Assembly (NCBI GenBank): GCA_965231145.1
Contig: OZ246420.1
Span: 60,001 to 92,000, forward strand
DNA length: 32,000 bases
Source: Candidatus Saccharimonadota bacterium
GTDB taxonomy: Bacteria; Patescibacteriota; Gracilibacteria; Absconditabacterales; Absconditicoccaceae
Direction: 5' to 3'
Numbering within the stretch: position 1 is the stretch's first letter; the number at the start of each line of letters is the position of its first letter. The notes under the pieces are model-generated. The model was given only the letters and a program-made list of their open reading frames with translations, searched no databases and had not been told where the DNA came from. Shown here piece after piece: positions 8,114 to 16,903 of this stretch. Position numbers and translations under genes: made by a program.

Positions 8114-9178
8114 ATGGCAAGTAAGAACCAGGTATTGGATGAAGCAAGAAAGAACATTGAGAAGAAATTTGGAAAGGGAGCGATTATTCGTATGGGTGAC
8201 AGTAGTAATGTATGACTCGTGACGACATTTCATTCGGGATCGTACGTATTAGATCTTATCTTAGGAGGAGGATATCCTGAAGGTCGTGCGATCGAGATCT
8301 ATGGACCAGAATCATCAGGTAAAACTACTATAGCGCTTAATGCTATTGCGCAAATGCAAAAGCGTGGTGAAACATGTGCGTTCATCGATGCGGAGCATGC
8401 ATTGGATCCAGGATATGCGCGTGTGCTTGGTGTAGATACAGAAAACTTATTGCTTTCTCAGCCCGACTATGGTGAGCAAGCACTCGATATTGCAGAAGAG
8501 CTTGCGAAGACAGGAGCCGTAAAACTTATCGTTATCGACTCAGTAGCTGCGCTTGTACCAAGAGCCGAAGTGGAAGGAGACATGGGAGACAGTCATATGG
8601 GTCTTCAGGCTCGTATGATGTCACAATGACTCAGAAAACTCACATCTATCATGGCGAAGACAGGAACGACGATCATCTTTATTAACCAGATTCGTATGAA
8701 GATCGGTGTGATGTTTGGTAATCCTGAGACAACAACAGGTGGTAACGCATTGAAATTCTACGCATCACAAAGACTTGAGATCAGACGTGGTGAAAAGATT
8801 GAAGAAAATAAGGAACTTATCGGATATGCAACAAAGGTAAAGGTAGTAAAAAACAAGATTGCAGCTCCGTTTAGAGCAGCTGAGATACCTATCAGATTTA
8901 AATCAGGTATCGATAAGGGACTTGATGTGATCGAAGCAGCAAGCATCTTAGGACTTATACAGAAGTCAGGAGCATTTTATACTGTTCCAGGCAAGAAGGA
9001 GAAAATCCAAGGTAAAGACAGACTTCTCGAAATGTTTAAGTCTGATGAAAAGCTCTTTAACTCACTCAATACTGATATTCAGAACAAGATCAAAGAAGTT
9101 CGTCTTGGAAAAAATATCATCCCAGAGAAAGCTCTTGAGGAGATAGAAGAGATGGAAGATATGGAAGACGAAGAATAA
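8114..9178 (+). CDS. recA: Recombinase RecA
   Basis: Start ATG 8114 ([25 protein letters not shown]). Track ORFs 8009, 8219 and 8651 share one frame and join through TGA 8216 and TGA 8630. Walker A is [39 protein letters not shown] is near-identical to E. coli RecA. Confidence 0.95.
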
Positions 9179-9181
9179 CAT

Positions 9182-9210
9182 AAAAAACCAGCGTAAAGGC
9201 TGGTTTTTTT
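9182..9210. terminator. Bidirectional intrinsic terminator (recA and the convergent 71-aa ORF)
   Basis: A-run, stem aaccagc / gctggtt with a 6-nt loop, then a T-run at 9204..9210. Confidence 0.75.
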
Positions 9211-9424
9211 AATTCTTTCTGGTAAAGCCAAATTCTGCTATAAGGTTATCCATAAAGAGTATATTAATGGCTTCCGAGATTTGTTTTCTCTGTTGCTCAG
9301 TGCGAGATGCGACCTTGTCTCGTAATGCTGCTTCCTCTTCGTCAAACTCTTTCTCCAATTGAGTGCGTTCTTCATCGCTAAGTGGATGACATCTTCTGAA
9401 AAATTCAAGATCGAGCTCTGTCAT
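9209..9424 (-). CDS. Hypothetical small acidic, coiled-coil-like protein (71 aa)
   Basis: Track ORF with a true TAA stop. It sits between the recA terminator and the murC stop. I recognise no motif. Confidence 0.4.
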   Translation of the reverse strand: MTELDLEFFRRCHPLSDEERTQLEKEFDEEEAALRDKVASRTEQQRKQISEAINILFMDNLIAEFGFTRKN

Positions 9425-9520
9425 GTGTGATGAGAATTATAGTATAAAATCGGGGGATCTTATACCATATTTTTTGGAACCTCCAGTAAGATATAGAAAG
9501 TAGTGTCTGATTTCAACGGA

Positions 9521-11032
9521 TTAGTTTCTTATGAGATAGTCTAAGTTTCCTGCGGTGAACACTGTTACTAGTTCGCTTTCTTTGGCGTTATTCATAATTT
9601 CTTTTACTTCGTTAATGTCTTTGAGGTATTTTGCTCATGTTTGGATAGCTATCTCAAGGCTTACGTCTTCAGCGTTTGTTGCTTGTGTGGTGATCTTATC
9701 TTCAAACTCCTTGAGCAGAACTGCGATGTCTTCTCTGGCTGCGTAGATTGGATAAATGTAGAGCGTATCAAACTGTTTCAACACATGCACCCATTCATCC
9801 CAAAATTCTAATACGCGACGCATCTGATGTGGTTGGACAATCGCCACTATTTTTTTGTCTGCATATTTGTCTCTCATTGCGTGATAGACTGCATTGATTT
9901 CTGTTGGATGATGACCGTAGTCAGTATAGATCAGAGCGCCGTTATCGTTTGTTCTGAGATATTCCATCCTTCTTCGAAGACCGGTGAAACTATTGAGTGC
10001 GGCTATAATTGATTCGTTTGCGCCCAGTTCAAAGTCGGTATAGCCTAAAAGATGTGCAGTAAGTGCATAGACGAGCGATGCGTTTTTCTGATTGTGTTTT
10101 CCAAAAATATGCTGCAGTGAAAGTGGATATGTTTCTATGAGTTCTAGTTTCTTATTGTTCCCTAAATCATAGGTCATGGGTTGCAATTCAGCTCATGGAT
10201 GATAGACGTTTGGAGCCGATGCAGAGTCGTCAACAATGAGCAGCTTCCCATCTGTGTGGATCAATGGCTCAGCAAAGCGATCTATGCCTTTTTCTCCAGC
10301 GATAGCTCGGATGTTCTTTTTTGCTTTGTTTCCGAACTGGTGAAAAGCTTCGAAGTAGATGGCATCGTTTGCGTAGATATCACTGTGGTCCAGTTCGGCA
10401 TTTAATACAAGCGCGTAGTCGACATCGAGATAGAGGAAGTGACGATTGAACTCGTCGGCCTCGATCACGAAGCGATATTTGTTACGGAGGGACTCATCCC
10501 ATTCACTTTGTTTTCCATCGAGGATATAGTCAAAAATCTTTTTGATATCATCTGTTGCTTTGCGATTGAGCCAGTAGTTTTTATTGTCTAACTGTGGAAC
10601 AAGCGCACCAAGAATTCCTAGTCCAAGCTTGCTATCAAGTTGGCTGAGAGTGTAGGTAGCAAGCGCTGTTGTCGTAGACTTTCAGTGAGTTCCTGCAATA
10701 GCAATAGTCTCAAAGTATTTGCTGATTTCTCCCAGAAACTGAAAATAACTCATCGGATAGCGAGCTTTTCTGGTCGATTCTTCGGCCATTTTTTTTGCAT
10801 GAGCGAGCTCCGGGCTTTTGAGTAGTGCATCAGAGTAAATCACAAAATCTGTGCTCTTGATCTCATATTTTCCTTCACCAATAATCACATCATATCATAT
10901 CTTGGCGAGTTCATCAGTAATCTGACTCTGCGCGCCATCAATACAAATAACATTGTCTATTCCAAGATCCTTAAAAAGAAATCCCAGTGAAGAGAGTCCT
11001 GTTCATCCAGCTCATAATAGTACTATGTTCAT
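9521..11032 (-). CDS. murC: UDP-N-acetylmuramate--L-alanine ligase
   Basis: Track ORFs 9635, 10193 and 10682 plus the N-terminus share one frame and join through six TGA codons (11012, 11003, 10895, 10682, 10193, 9635); 503 aa. The N-terminus is MNIVLLGAGGTGLSSL, the Mur-ligase P-loop is IAGTH-G-KSTTTA, and the ligase core strings are GKHNQKNA, FTGLRRRME, YGHHPTEI and VQPHQMRR. Confidence 0.85.
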
Positions 11033-11116
11033 GTCTCAGTTCGTAAAGTATAAAGTTCTCAAAGTTTATAAAGGTTATGGAGGTGTTTTGCAAAGAGAAA
11101 AGCCATAAAAGCCGGA

Positions 11117-11144
11117 TTGACAACCAGATCAAGATTTGTAAAAT
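11117..11144 (+). promoter_or_regulatory. Sigma70-like promoter TTGACA-16-TAAAAT
   Basis: -35 at 11117..11122 and -10 at 11139..11144, 26 nt before ATG 11170. Confidence 0.55.
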
Positions 11145-11169
11145 AGTAATCACACAAATAACAAACTCT

Positions 11170-11487
11170 ATGGAAAAGATATATGAATACCTCCTAACAT
11201 ACTTTGGGATAGCATATGTGCTTCTCTTTGTGTGGCGGTGCCAACAGGTGTACCGTTATTTACAATCATTTCCTTCGTATCTACAGAGAGATTTCACCAT
11301 TGAAGAATTCATTGGGAGAAAAAGGGAGGACGTTTTTTATTGGTGCTTGCCTATCTTACCAGTGGTAGGAAGCGCTATGCTTGGCTTAATAATAGTCTTC
11401 ATCTGGATATTCCTAGTCTATGTTTTTGCAAAACTATTCTGGGATTTCATATCCGGAAAATGGACTTATGGGTCCAAAACAAATTGA
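11170..11487 (+). CDS. Hypothetical small membrane protein (105 aa)
   Basis: ATG 11170 lies 26 nt after a TTGACA-16-TAAAAT promoter. It has two hydrophobic helices and is followed by a GC hairpin with a T-run. The track ORF starts earlier (11077), which would overlap the murC promoter region. Confidence 0.5.
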   Translation: MEKIYEYLLTYFGIAYVLLFVWRCQQVYRYLQSFPSYLQRDFTIEEFIGRKREDVFYWCLPILPVVGSAMLGLIIVFIWIFLVYVFAKLFWDFISGKWTYGSKTN

Positions 11488-11516
11488 AAAAATAGTGAGT
11501 TGATGGATGAGGAGTG

Positions 11517-11543
11517 GGGCCCCGATTGCGGGGCTCTTTTTTT
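11517..11543 (+). terminator. Intrinsic terminator after the small membrane ORF
   Basis: 8-bp GC-rich stem 11517..11524 / 11529..11536 followed by T7. Confidence 0.65.
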
Positions 11544-11546
11544 GTA

Positions 11547-11572
11547 TAAAAAAAGACGCATATGAGCGCGTC
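11547..11572 (-). terminator. Intrinsic terminator after secF
   Basis: On the minus strand: gacgc, 8-nt loop, gcgtc, then a T-run (plus-strand A-run at 11548..11554). Confidence 0.5.
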
Positions 11573-11618
11573 CTCTTTTATAGCTTGCCAACAATAATGT
11601 TGTCCCTATAGTATGGAA

Positions 11619-12572
11619 TTATTTTTTCTTTTGTACGTGTCTGATGATCATGTATGAGAACGGCGCTGCGATGAAAATAGATGAGAGTGTTCCCGCGATG
11701 ATACCCATACCGATGAGGAATGAAAATGATTGCATGATACCAGTACCGAAGACGAACATACAGATGATCACGAGGAATGTTGAAAGAGATGTTCCAAGCG
11801 TTCTTCTCATCGTTTGCCAGATACTATCATCAAAAAGCTTTTCATATGTGAGCTTTCCAGAAGAGATCTGCTGAGCATGGTCTTTGATGTTCTCTCTGAT
11901 ACGGTCAAAGATGATGATCGTGTCGTTGATACTATAACCCATGATAGTCAGGATACCAAGTACGAAGATAGTATCTACCTGAAGCGTTGGATTTGCTGCC
12001 ATGAGAAGTCCATAAGCACCTACTGTGACGGCAACGTCGAAGACGAGAGTACTCAACGTAAGGAATCCAAGTACTACAGGAGAGATGAAATCTCTTACTC
12101 CCATAAATGCAAATGCGATGTAGATGGCGATGAAGAGAAATCAAAGTGCAAGAGCCCAAATTGTACTATTCTTTACATAGTCACCGATGCTAGCTCCGAT
12201 GATAGACTGTTCAAGGATGTCATTTGCATCTTTGATATAACCTCTGCTGATAAGATAAGCCTGGATGTCTTTCCCAAGCTGTGTTACTTTTTCCTGGTTA
12301 TCTACATTGATCTGGAGAAGAATGTTATCGTATCCATCTTTCTCACCAACACTTACGAGAGGATCTTCATAACCTTCTTTCCCAAGAAGATCTTTCACTT
12401 CTTCTGTTACTTGTTCCTGAGGAAGAGAGCCGTCTACCTTGATTTCCATACCTCCAGTAAACTGGATGGAAAGTTTCTGGTATCTAAAGAAGATTCCTGC
12501 TCCGATGATCGTTATAAGTGCAGAGATAGTGAGCCACATAATACTGTTTTTTACAATCGGGAAACGCTTCAT
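11619..12572 (-). CDS. secF: Protein-export membrane protein SecF
   Basis: Track ORFs 12141..12572 and 11619..12104 share one frame and join through TGA 12141 (317 aa). The N-terminal TM is followed by IQFTGGMEIKV. The C-terminal polytopic domain carries GYSINDTIIIFDRIREN, typical of SecD/SecF. Confidence 0.8.
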
Positions 12573-12640
12573 GTTTGCTAAGATTAAATAATGCTAAAGT
12601 GAATTGTTTATTAGATGCAAACAACGCAAAGGTTATAAAT

Positions 12641-12698
12641 CAAAGAGCAGAATGAAATAATATATATGTTAATCTTGCCCTCTGATCTCTGCTCTTTC
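12641..12698. repeat. Word-palindrome element, family 5, copy L (inverted; overlaps the rnc 3' end)
   Basis: caaagagcaga (12641..12651) pairs with tctgctctttc (12688..12698). The right arm and the ctctgatctct word lie inside the last 10 codons of rnc. Confidence 0.8.
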
Positions 12699-13430
12699 GG
12701 TTGTTTGTGTTAAATGCTGGTAAGCAAGCTTAGCGGCTTCGTCCTGCGCCTTCTTCTTGTTGGCGCCGTAGCCGACGGCTATTTCTTTGCCATCGATAAT
12801 CACGCGTGACAGATAAGTGGTGACATTGTTTTTACTATCCTGTTCGTGTGGTTCATCAATATAGATCGGAATATTTTTATGAATTTTTTGTACTTCTTCC
12901 TGAAGCAGGGTTTTATTGCTTTTGACTTGGCCTTTCTGTATCTGTTCAACCTTTATATAGATACAGTTTTTGATCACGTTTTCAACGGCATTTGCGCCAA
13001 GATCAAGGTAAATATAGCCCAAAATCGCTTCCATGCAATCGCACAGGATCGTCTCTTTATTTCTTCCATCATTTTTTAATTCACCGTTACCGAGGATGAT
13101 TACCTGGTCCAGGCCGATTTCTCTGGCCACATCTGCGAGGGTTTCCGCCCTTACCAGGGCGATTTTATAGAGGGTCAGGGTGGATTCTGGCTCAGAAGGA
13201 AAGTTCTTGTAGAGCTGGGTGTTGATAACCGCTCCGAGGATTCCGTCGCCCAAAAACTCTAGTCTTTCATTGTGTCCGATGGGTTCACGAAAATCTGCTG
13301 CATATGATTTATGGACAAAAGCTGTTAAGAGCATCTGTTCGTCTTTGATTTGACTGATATCTAGCCCGAGCGAAGCCAAGAATGTCTTACATTCTTCCAG
13401 CTTACCCGTTACAAAAGGGGGAAAACTCAT
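12669..13430 (-). CDS. rnc: Ribonuclease III
   Basis: Uninterrupted 253-aa ORF. It has the RNase III signature HNERLEFLGDGILG and a C-terminal dsRBD-like segment (GYGANKKKAQDEAAKLAY). Confidence 0.9.
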   Translation of the reverse strand: MSFPPFVTGKLEECKTFLASLGLDISQIKDEQMLLTAFVHKSYAADFREPIGHNERLEFLGDGILGAVINTQLYKNFPSEPESTLTLYKIALVRAETLADVAREIGLDQVIILGNGELKNDGRNKETILCDCMEAILGYIYLDLGANAVENVIKNCIYIKVEQIQKGQVKSNKTLLQEEVQKIHKNIPIYIDEPHEQDSKNNVTTYLSRVIIDGKEIAVGYGANKKKAQDEAAKLAYQHLTQTTERAEIRGQD

Positions 13431-13463
13431 TGGTTATAGTACTAATATGCTAAATGCATCATT

Positions 13464-13525
13464 CAGCAACTAGATGTTAGCAGCTAGCAAGTAGCACTAT
13501 CTGTGCTATCTGCCAATTGCTAAAA
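13464..13525. repeat. Word-palindrome element, family 2, copy E
   Basis: cagcaactagatgttagcagctagcaagtagcac ... gtgctatctgccaattgcta. The agcac/gtgct and tagcaa/ttgcta arms can pair. Confidence 0.6.
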
Positions 13526-13583
13526 TCTATCTGCTTGTAGACATTTTTACTGAAAAGGGAGATTTTTGCAAAAGAAACGAATA

Positions 13584-13611
13584 TTGACAAAGATCTTATT
13601 ATGTATATAAT
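13584..13611 (+). promoter_or_regulatory. Sigma70-like promoter TTGACA-16-TATAAT
   Basis: -35 at 13584..13589 and -10 at 13606..13611, 23 nt before ATG 13634. Confidence 0.65.
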
Positions 13612-13633
13612 CAAAATCTAAAACGCAAATACA

Positions 13634-14128
13634 ATGAAACTTATTACAAAGATTGTGAAAGCTGCGAAGCAGCATCTTCCAGTGTTTCTGGAAAAACATA
13701 AAGATGTGCTTCCTTCCGATAAAAGCGGGGTCTATCTTTATGGTATGATAGTACACATATCAGGCACCCAGTTCTATCAGGAGGAGGCTGAAGGTGCTCT
13801 CATAGGGTTGTTGCCACAGGATAAGGTCGCTGAAAAGATGACCTATGCTGCTGAGAAGGCAATGCGGTTGCTTATAAGGCGCGTAATGGGCTATACGGAA
13901 AGGACAAGCCTGTTTACACAAAGCTATGCTGCTAAACAGTACGGTGGCGCAATATGTGTATTACTGAAAGAAAATGTGTACTGCATTCTCTCGTGCTCTA
14001 ACTTTCCACCGTTCTATGATACTGTCTTTGCTGTAGAAGTGCTGCAACTGGCTGAAGTTATCGACGAGAAGATGGTCGAACTTGTCATGGATGAGGCTCT
14101 TGCAAATGAAAATAACGGCAAGCTCTAA
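13634..14128 (+). CDS. Hypothetical protein (164 aa)
   Basis: Uninterrupted ORF with its own TTGACA-16-TATAAT promoter (13584..13611) and a strong terminator (14148..14177). There is a weak by-eye resemblance of YGGAICVLLKENVYCILSCS...DTVFA to GlcG/DUF336-type proteins. I do not rely on this. Confidence 0.5.
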   Translation: MKLITKIVKAAKQHLPVFLEKHKDVLPSDKSGVYLYGMIVHISGTQFYQEEAEGALIGLLPQDKVAEKMTYAAEKAMRLLIRRVMGYTERTSLFTQSYAAKQYGGAICVLLKENVYCILSCSNFPPFYDTVFAVEVLQLAEVIDEKMVELVMDEALANENNGKL

Positions 14129-14147
14129 AAACCTATTTCTTATACGT

Positions 14148-14177
14148 AAAAGCGCCCTGTATCAGGCGCTTTTTTTG
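14148..14177 (+). terminator. Intrinsic terminator after the 164-aa ORF
   Basis: Stem agcgcc / ggcgct followed by T7. Confidence 0.75.
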
Positions 14178-14221
14178 ATATAAACAATACGCAATAATAC
14201 CTCCCTATAATTCCAACATAT

Positions 14222-14249
14222 AAAAAACGGACGCAATATATTGCGTCCC
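14222..14249 (-). terminator. Intrinsic terminator after nusB
   Basis: Perfect palindrome ggacgcaatatattgcgtcc, followed on the minus strand by a T-run. Confidence 0.7.
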
Positions 14250-14265
14250 TACAAGACGGAAAATA

Positions 14266-14874
14266 TTATTTATTATTTTTCACTTTCTTTGCAGGTTTGT
14301 CGGTAGTCGCGGCAGGTGGGTTTTCTGCATCAAGATCGGCAATGATCTTATGAAGGATTCCATTTACCAGTTTCGGAGTTCCTTCGTCGCCGTACTTCTT
14401 TGCGAGCTCAACCATCTCATTCATGATGATTTCCTTTGGTGTCTTGAGCGTTCTGTATTCCGCATAACCGAGTAGGAAAATTACTCTATCGATCAGATCC
14501 ATATCTTCGTACTTGAAACTTGTTGCGAACTTATTGACGCCGATGGCAATTGCTTCCTTGTATTCATTGTAACTCTTTCCTACGGCATTGATGTACTCAA
14601 AGTCGATTCCTGTTTCTAAGTGCTTCTCAAAGCTGTTTTTTACAATGTACGTAATGTCTTCATCGAAATCGCTATTGGAAAATTGCGCATGAAGATCGGC
14701 TTTGATCTGAGGTCTTGCGTCTTCTTCCTTTTGTGAAAGAACAGAAGCAGGGAGCTTGATATTATTGATCTCGTCGAGCATATGATCGTTATTGACCAGG
14801 TAGTCTGCGATCATTTTCTCATAGAAATAGGTGAGGACTATCTTTCTGGCAACGATACGAGCGGCTATATTCAT
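14266..14874 (-). CDS. nusB: Transcription antitermination factor NusB-like, expanded
   Basis: 202-aa ORF. ARKIVLTYFY at the N-terminus and DRVIFLLGYAEY...P..IIMNEMVELAKKYG....KLVNGILHKI at the C-terminus follow the NusB pattern. It also has a roughly 50-aa internal insertion and a Pro/Lys-rich tail. Confidence 0.65.
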   Translation of the reverse strand: MNIAARIVARKIVLTYFYEKMIADYLVNNDHMLDEINNIKLPASVLSQKEEDARPQIKADLHAQFSNSDFDEDITYIVKNSFEKHLETGIDFEYINAVGKSYNEYKEAIAIGVNKFATSFKYEDMDLIDRVIFLLGYAEYRTLKTPKEIIMNEMVELAKKYGDEGTPKLVNGILHKIIADLDAENPPAATTDKPAKKVKNNK

Positions 14875-14889
14875 CTTATCAATTCGAAG

Positions 14890-14944
14890 TGTTAAATGTT
14901 AAATGCTCAATAATATTGAGAATTGAGCCTTTTGCATTGAGAAT
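14890..14944. repeat. Word element (GTTAAAT x2; ATTGAG x3 with ctcaat/attgag hairpin)
   Basis: gttaaatgttaaatg, then ctcaataatattgagaattgagccttttgcattgagaat. Confidence 0.5.
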
Positions 14945-14995
14945 ATACCATATTATTATAAGAAAAGAGTGGTGAAAAGCAAAAAGTAAATCATA

Positions 14996-15024
14996 TTGAT
15001 AAAAAGGCAAGAGAGTTATATAAT
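14996..15024 (+). promoter_or_regulatory. Sigma70-like promoter TTGATA-17-TATAAT (cassette 1)
   Basis: -35 at 14996..15001 and -10 at 15019..15024, 24 nt before ATG 15048. Confidence 0.6.
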
Positions 15025-15047
15025 CCCATTCTAAAAACAAAAAACGT

Positions 15048-15404
15048 ATGAGTTCATCTATGTTAAAAATTACGACTGGATTTTTATACAAAATACACAG
15101 GATCATTATTTACCTTGTATTTGTTTGCCTCTTTGTGTGGCTTTTAGGGTGTAACTACGGTGCGCATTCTGAAATCCAAGTATTGGTTGCTGCTCCTATT
15201 GTGGCGGCAACGCTATGCTCATTTCTGTCGATTTCCGCCACCAAGTGGAAGGCAGATTTGCTTACTGCCATAGCGATTCTAAGTGTTATTATTGCTGCGG
15301 GTTTTTTGATTATGTTTCACGATTTTTTGTGGGCTGGTTCTATGAGCCTGCTAAGTGTAGTCAGTTACATTATGACTTATCTTGGAGTTTTTTCTTCTAG
15401 GTAA
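15048..15404 (+). CDS. Small 4-TM membrane protein, cassette 1 of 4
   Basis: 118-aa ORF with four hydrophobic segments. It has its own promoter (14996..15024) and terminator (15407..15435). Confidence 0.6.
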   Translation: MSSSMLKITTGFLYKIHRIIIYLVFVCLFVWLLGCNYGAHSEIQVLVAAPIVAATLCSFLSISATKWKADLLTAIAILSVIIAAGFLIMFHDFLWAGSMSLLSVVSYIMTYLGVFSSR

Positions 15405-15406
15405 AT

Positions 15407-15435
15407 AGCGAGAGGAGTATCCCTCGCTTTTTTTG
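15407..15435 (+). terminator. Intrinsic terminator, cassette 1
   Basis: Stem agcgagagg / ccctcgct with loop agtat, then T7. Confidence 0.7.
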
Positions 15436-15463
15436 TTGACAAAACATAGCGTAATCCTACAAT
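15436..15463 (+). promoter_or_regulatory. Sigma70-like promoter TTGACA-16-TACAAT (cassette 2)
   Basis: -35 at 15436..15441 and -10 at 15458..15463, 22 nt before ATG 15485. It begins directly after the T-run of the preceding terminator. Confidence 0.65.
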
Positions 15464-15484
15464 CGAGACTTAAACCAAACGCTT

Positions 15485-15874
15485 ATGACAAAACGTTACA
15501 AAAGTTATCTGAAGCATGCTGCCGTTTGGGTAGCGCTCGTACTATTGGCTGGTTGGATATTTGCTCTTCCTTTGCAGCTTGTCGGCAGCCTTGTTGTTCA
15601 GGTAGCCATTATCATGGCTATATGGAAAATAGATGAACTTGTTGTCACTACTATGCACAATAAGTACAAACAAGAAATTGTGGCTTTTTTCCTTTTAGGA
15701 GTAGGAGTCACTATTTTATTGGGAACTATCGGACTACTCATCTATTTCCGTCCTAAAGTATGGGGAGGTATGATGACCTTAACGGTGCTTACTCCACTTG
15801 TCATTCTTGTTGTAGAATATATTATTGCTATCAAAACGAGTGCTTGGGATGATGGACAATTTGGCCTTGAATAA
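15485..15874 (+). CDS. Small 4-TM membrane protein, cassette 2 of 4
   Basis: 129-aa ORF with four hydrophobic segments. It has its own promoter (15436..15463) and terminator (15886..15911). Confidence 0.6.
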   Translation: MTKRYKSYLKHAAVWVALVLLAGWIFALPLQLVGSLVVQVAIIMAIWKIDELVVTTMHNKYKQEIVAFFLLGVGVTILLGTIGLLIYFRPKVWGGMMTLTVLTPLVILVVEYIIAIKTSAWDDGQFGLE

Positions 15875-15885
15875 GACATGATAAT

Positions 15886-15911
15886 GCGCGCTGTACCAGC
15901 GCGTTTTTTTT
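15886..15911 (+). terminator. Intrinsic terminator, cassette 2
   Basis: Stem cgcgctg / cagcgcg with loop tac, then T8. Confidence 0.75.
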
Positions 15912-15913
15912 AA

Positions 15914-15941
15914 TTGAAAATTATGTGGTCAGCAGTATAAT
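15914..15941 (+). promoter_or_regulatory. Sigma70-like promoter TTGAAA-16-TATAAT (cassette 3)
   Basis: -35 at 15914..15919 and -10 at 15936..15941, 21 nt before ATG 15962. Confidence 0.65.
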
Positions 15942-15961
15942 GATGGTCTAAACAAGTGTGT

Positions 15962-16351
15962 ATGAAACAAAAACTATATTACTTCGGTTATGTCATCGGA
16001 GCTCAGTGTTTATGTGCAATGCCAGTGTATTGGCTGACTAACCCAGGGACGATGGTCGGCTTTTCGATCGTGATGGCGTATATTGCAGCGTGTTTACTGG
16101 GCGATATGTATGTCCTTGAGGGCTTCATGAGAAATAAACTGCTGCGGACTTTATTGTTGGTAGCGGCCGTAATAGTCTTTTTGCCGGGTTGTATACTCAT
16201 GCTGCTAGGAACTTTTATTGTTGCAGTAAGCGAAGGGCTCTATTTTGCTTTATTGGTATTGCTGTGTAGTGTGTTTTATTTTGTCTGGGCGGCAATAATG
16301 CTTCCCAAAAAGATTGGGAACACTATGGAACAAAGTGGAGTGTTTGCGTAA
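15962..16351 (+). CDS. Small 4-TM membrane protein, cassette 3 of 4
   Basis: ATG 15962 (MKQKLYYFGYVIGAQ...). It is a clear paralog of the 16483 ORF: same MKQKL start, shared (F/L)(M/V)RNK(L/I) loop string, same TM spacing. It has its own promoter (15914..15941) and terminator (16405..16431). Confidence 0.65.
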   Translation: MKQKLYYFGYVIGAQCLCAMPVYWLTNPGTMVGFSIVMAYIAACLLGDMYVLEGFMRNKLLRTLLLVAAVIVFLPGCILMLLGTFIVAVSEGLYFALLVLLCSVFYFVWAAIMLPKKIGNTMEQSGVFA

Positions 16352-16404
16352 AATATCTATAACATCAGGACTTTACTATTGGCCGTATGAATTTATGCGA
16401 TGTT

Positions 16405-16431
16405 GAACGGGAGATTTCTTCCGTTTTTTTT
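16405..16431 (+). terminator. Intrinsic terminator, cassette 3
   Basis: Stem aacggga / ttccgtt (with one G-U pair), then T8. Confidence 0.6.
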
Positions 16432-16433
16432 GA

Positions 16434-16461
16434 TTGACAACTACATGTCCAGCAATATAAT
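16434..16461 (+). promoter_or_regulatory. Sigma70-like promoter TTGACA-16-TATAAT (cassette 4)
   Basis: -35 at 16434..16439 and -10 at 16456..16461, 22 nt before ATG 16483. Confidence 0.65.
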
Positions 16462-16482
16462 CGAATCTTAAACAAATAATAC

Positions 16483-16887
16483 ATGAAACAAAAACTATTT
16501 TTCTTCATTGCTGTTATCGTTGCACAGAGTATATGGGGCTTACCATTTTTTCTTACTAAATCACGTGAAGTTGAATGGCTTGCTTCAATGACGTGCTATG
16601 TCCTAGTATGTTTAGGTGGGCATCTCTATGTTATCATAGGACTTGTGCGAAATAAGATAGTAGAGACAGTATTGTCGGTGATATTAGTCGTTTCCTTTCT
16701 AGTATCTGGCCTTATACTACTGGCTATGATGCTTTTGATGGCAAGCAGGTTAGAGTTTTTTATCTTTCCGATTGTATTGCTTTGTGCTCTGTATTTGATT
16801 AATGCAGGACGGACAATACCAAAAGAGCTCGATGCATTTATGGTAAAAAGGCAATGGCTCAAAAACAGCTTATGGTTTAATAGCTGA
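16483..16887 (+). CDS. Small 4-TM membrane protein, cassette 4 of 4
   Basis: 134-aa ORF (MKQKLFFFIAVIVAQ...), paralog of the 15962 ORF. It has its own promoter (16434..16461) and terminator (16904..16931). Confidence 0.65.
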   Translation: MKQKLFFFIAVIVAQSIWGLPFFLTKSREVEWLASMTCYVLVCLGGHLYVIIGLVRNKIVETVLSVILVVSFLVSGLILLAMMLLMASRLEFFIFPIVLLCALYLINAGRTIPKELDAFMVKRQWLKNSLWFNS

Positions 16888-16903
16888 AGTTATGTACTTA
16901 AAT

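Noticed and set aside
11814-12581. Long 255-aa + strand ORF.
   Set aside because: It is antisense to secF and has a low-complexity Asp/Ser/Cys-rich translation with no motifs. The same applies to 5281..5817 (antisense to the VirB4-N ORF), 19868..20380 (antisense to rpoC), 22708..23175 (antisense to rpoB) and 27220..27702 (antisense to tsf).
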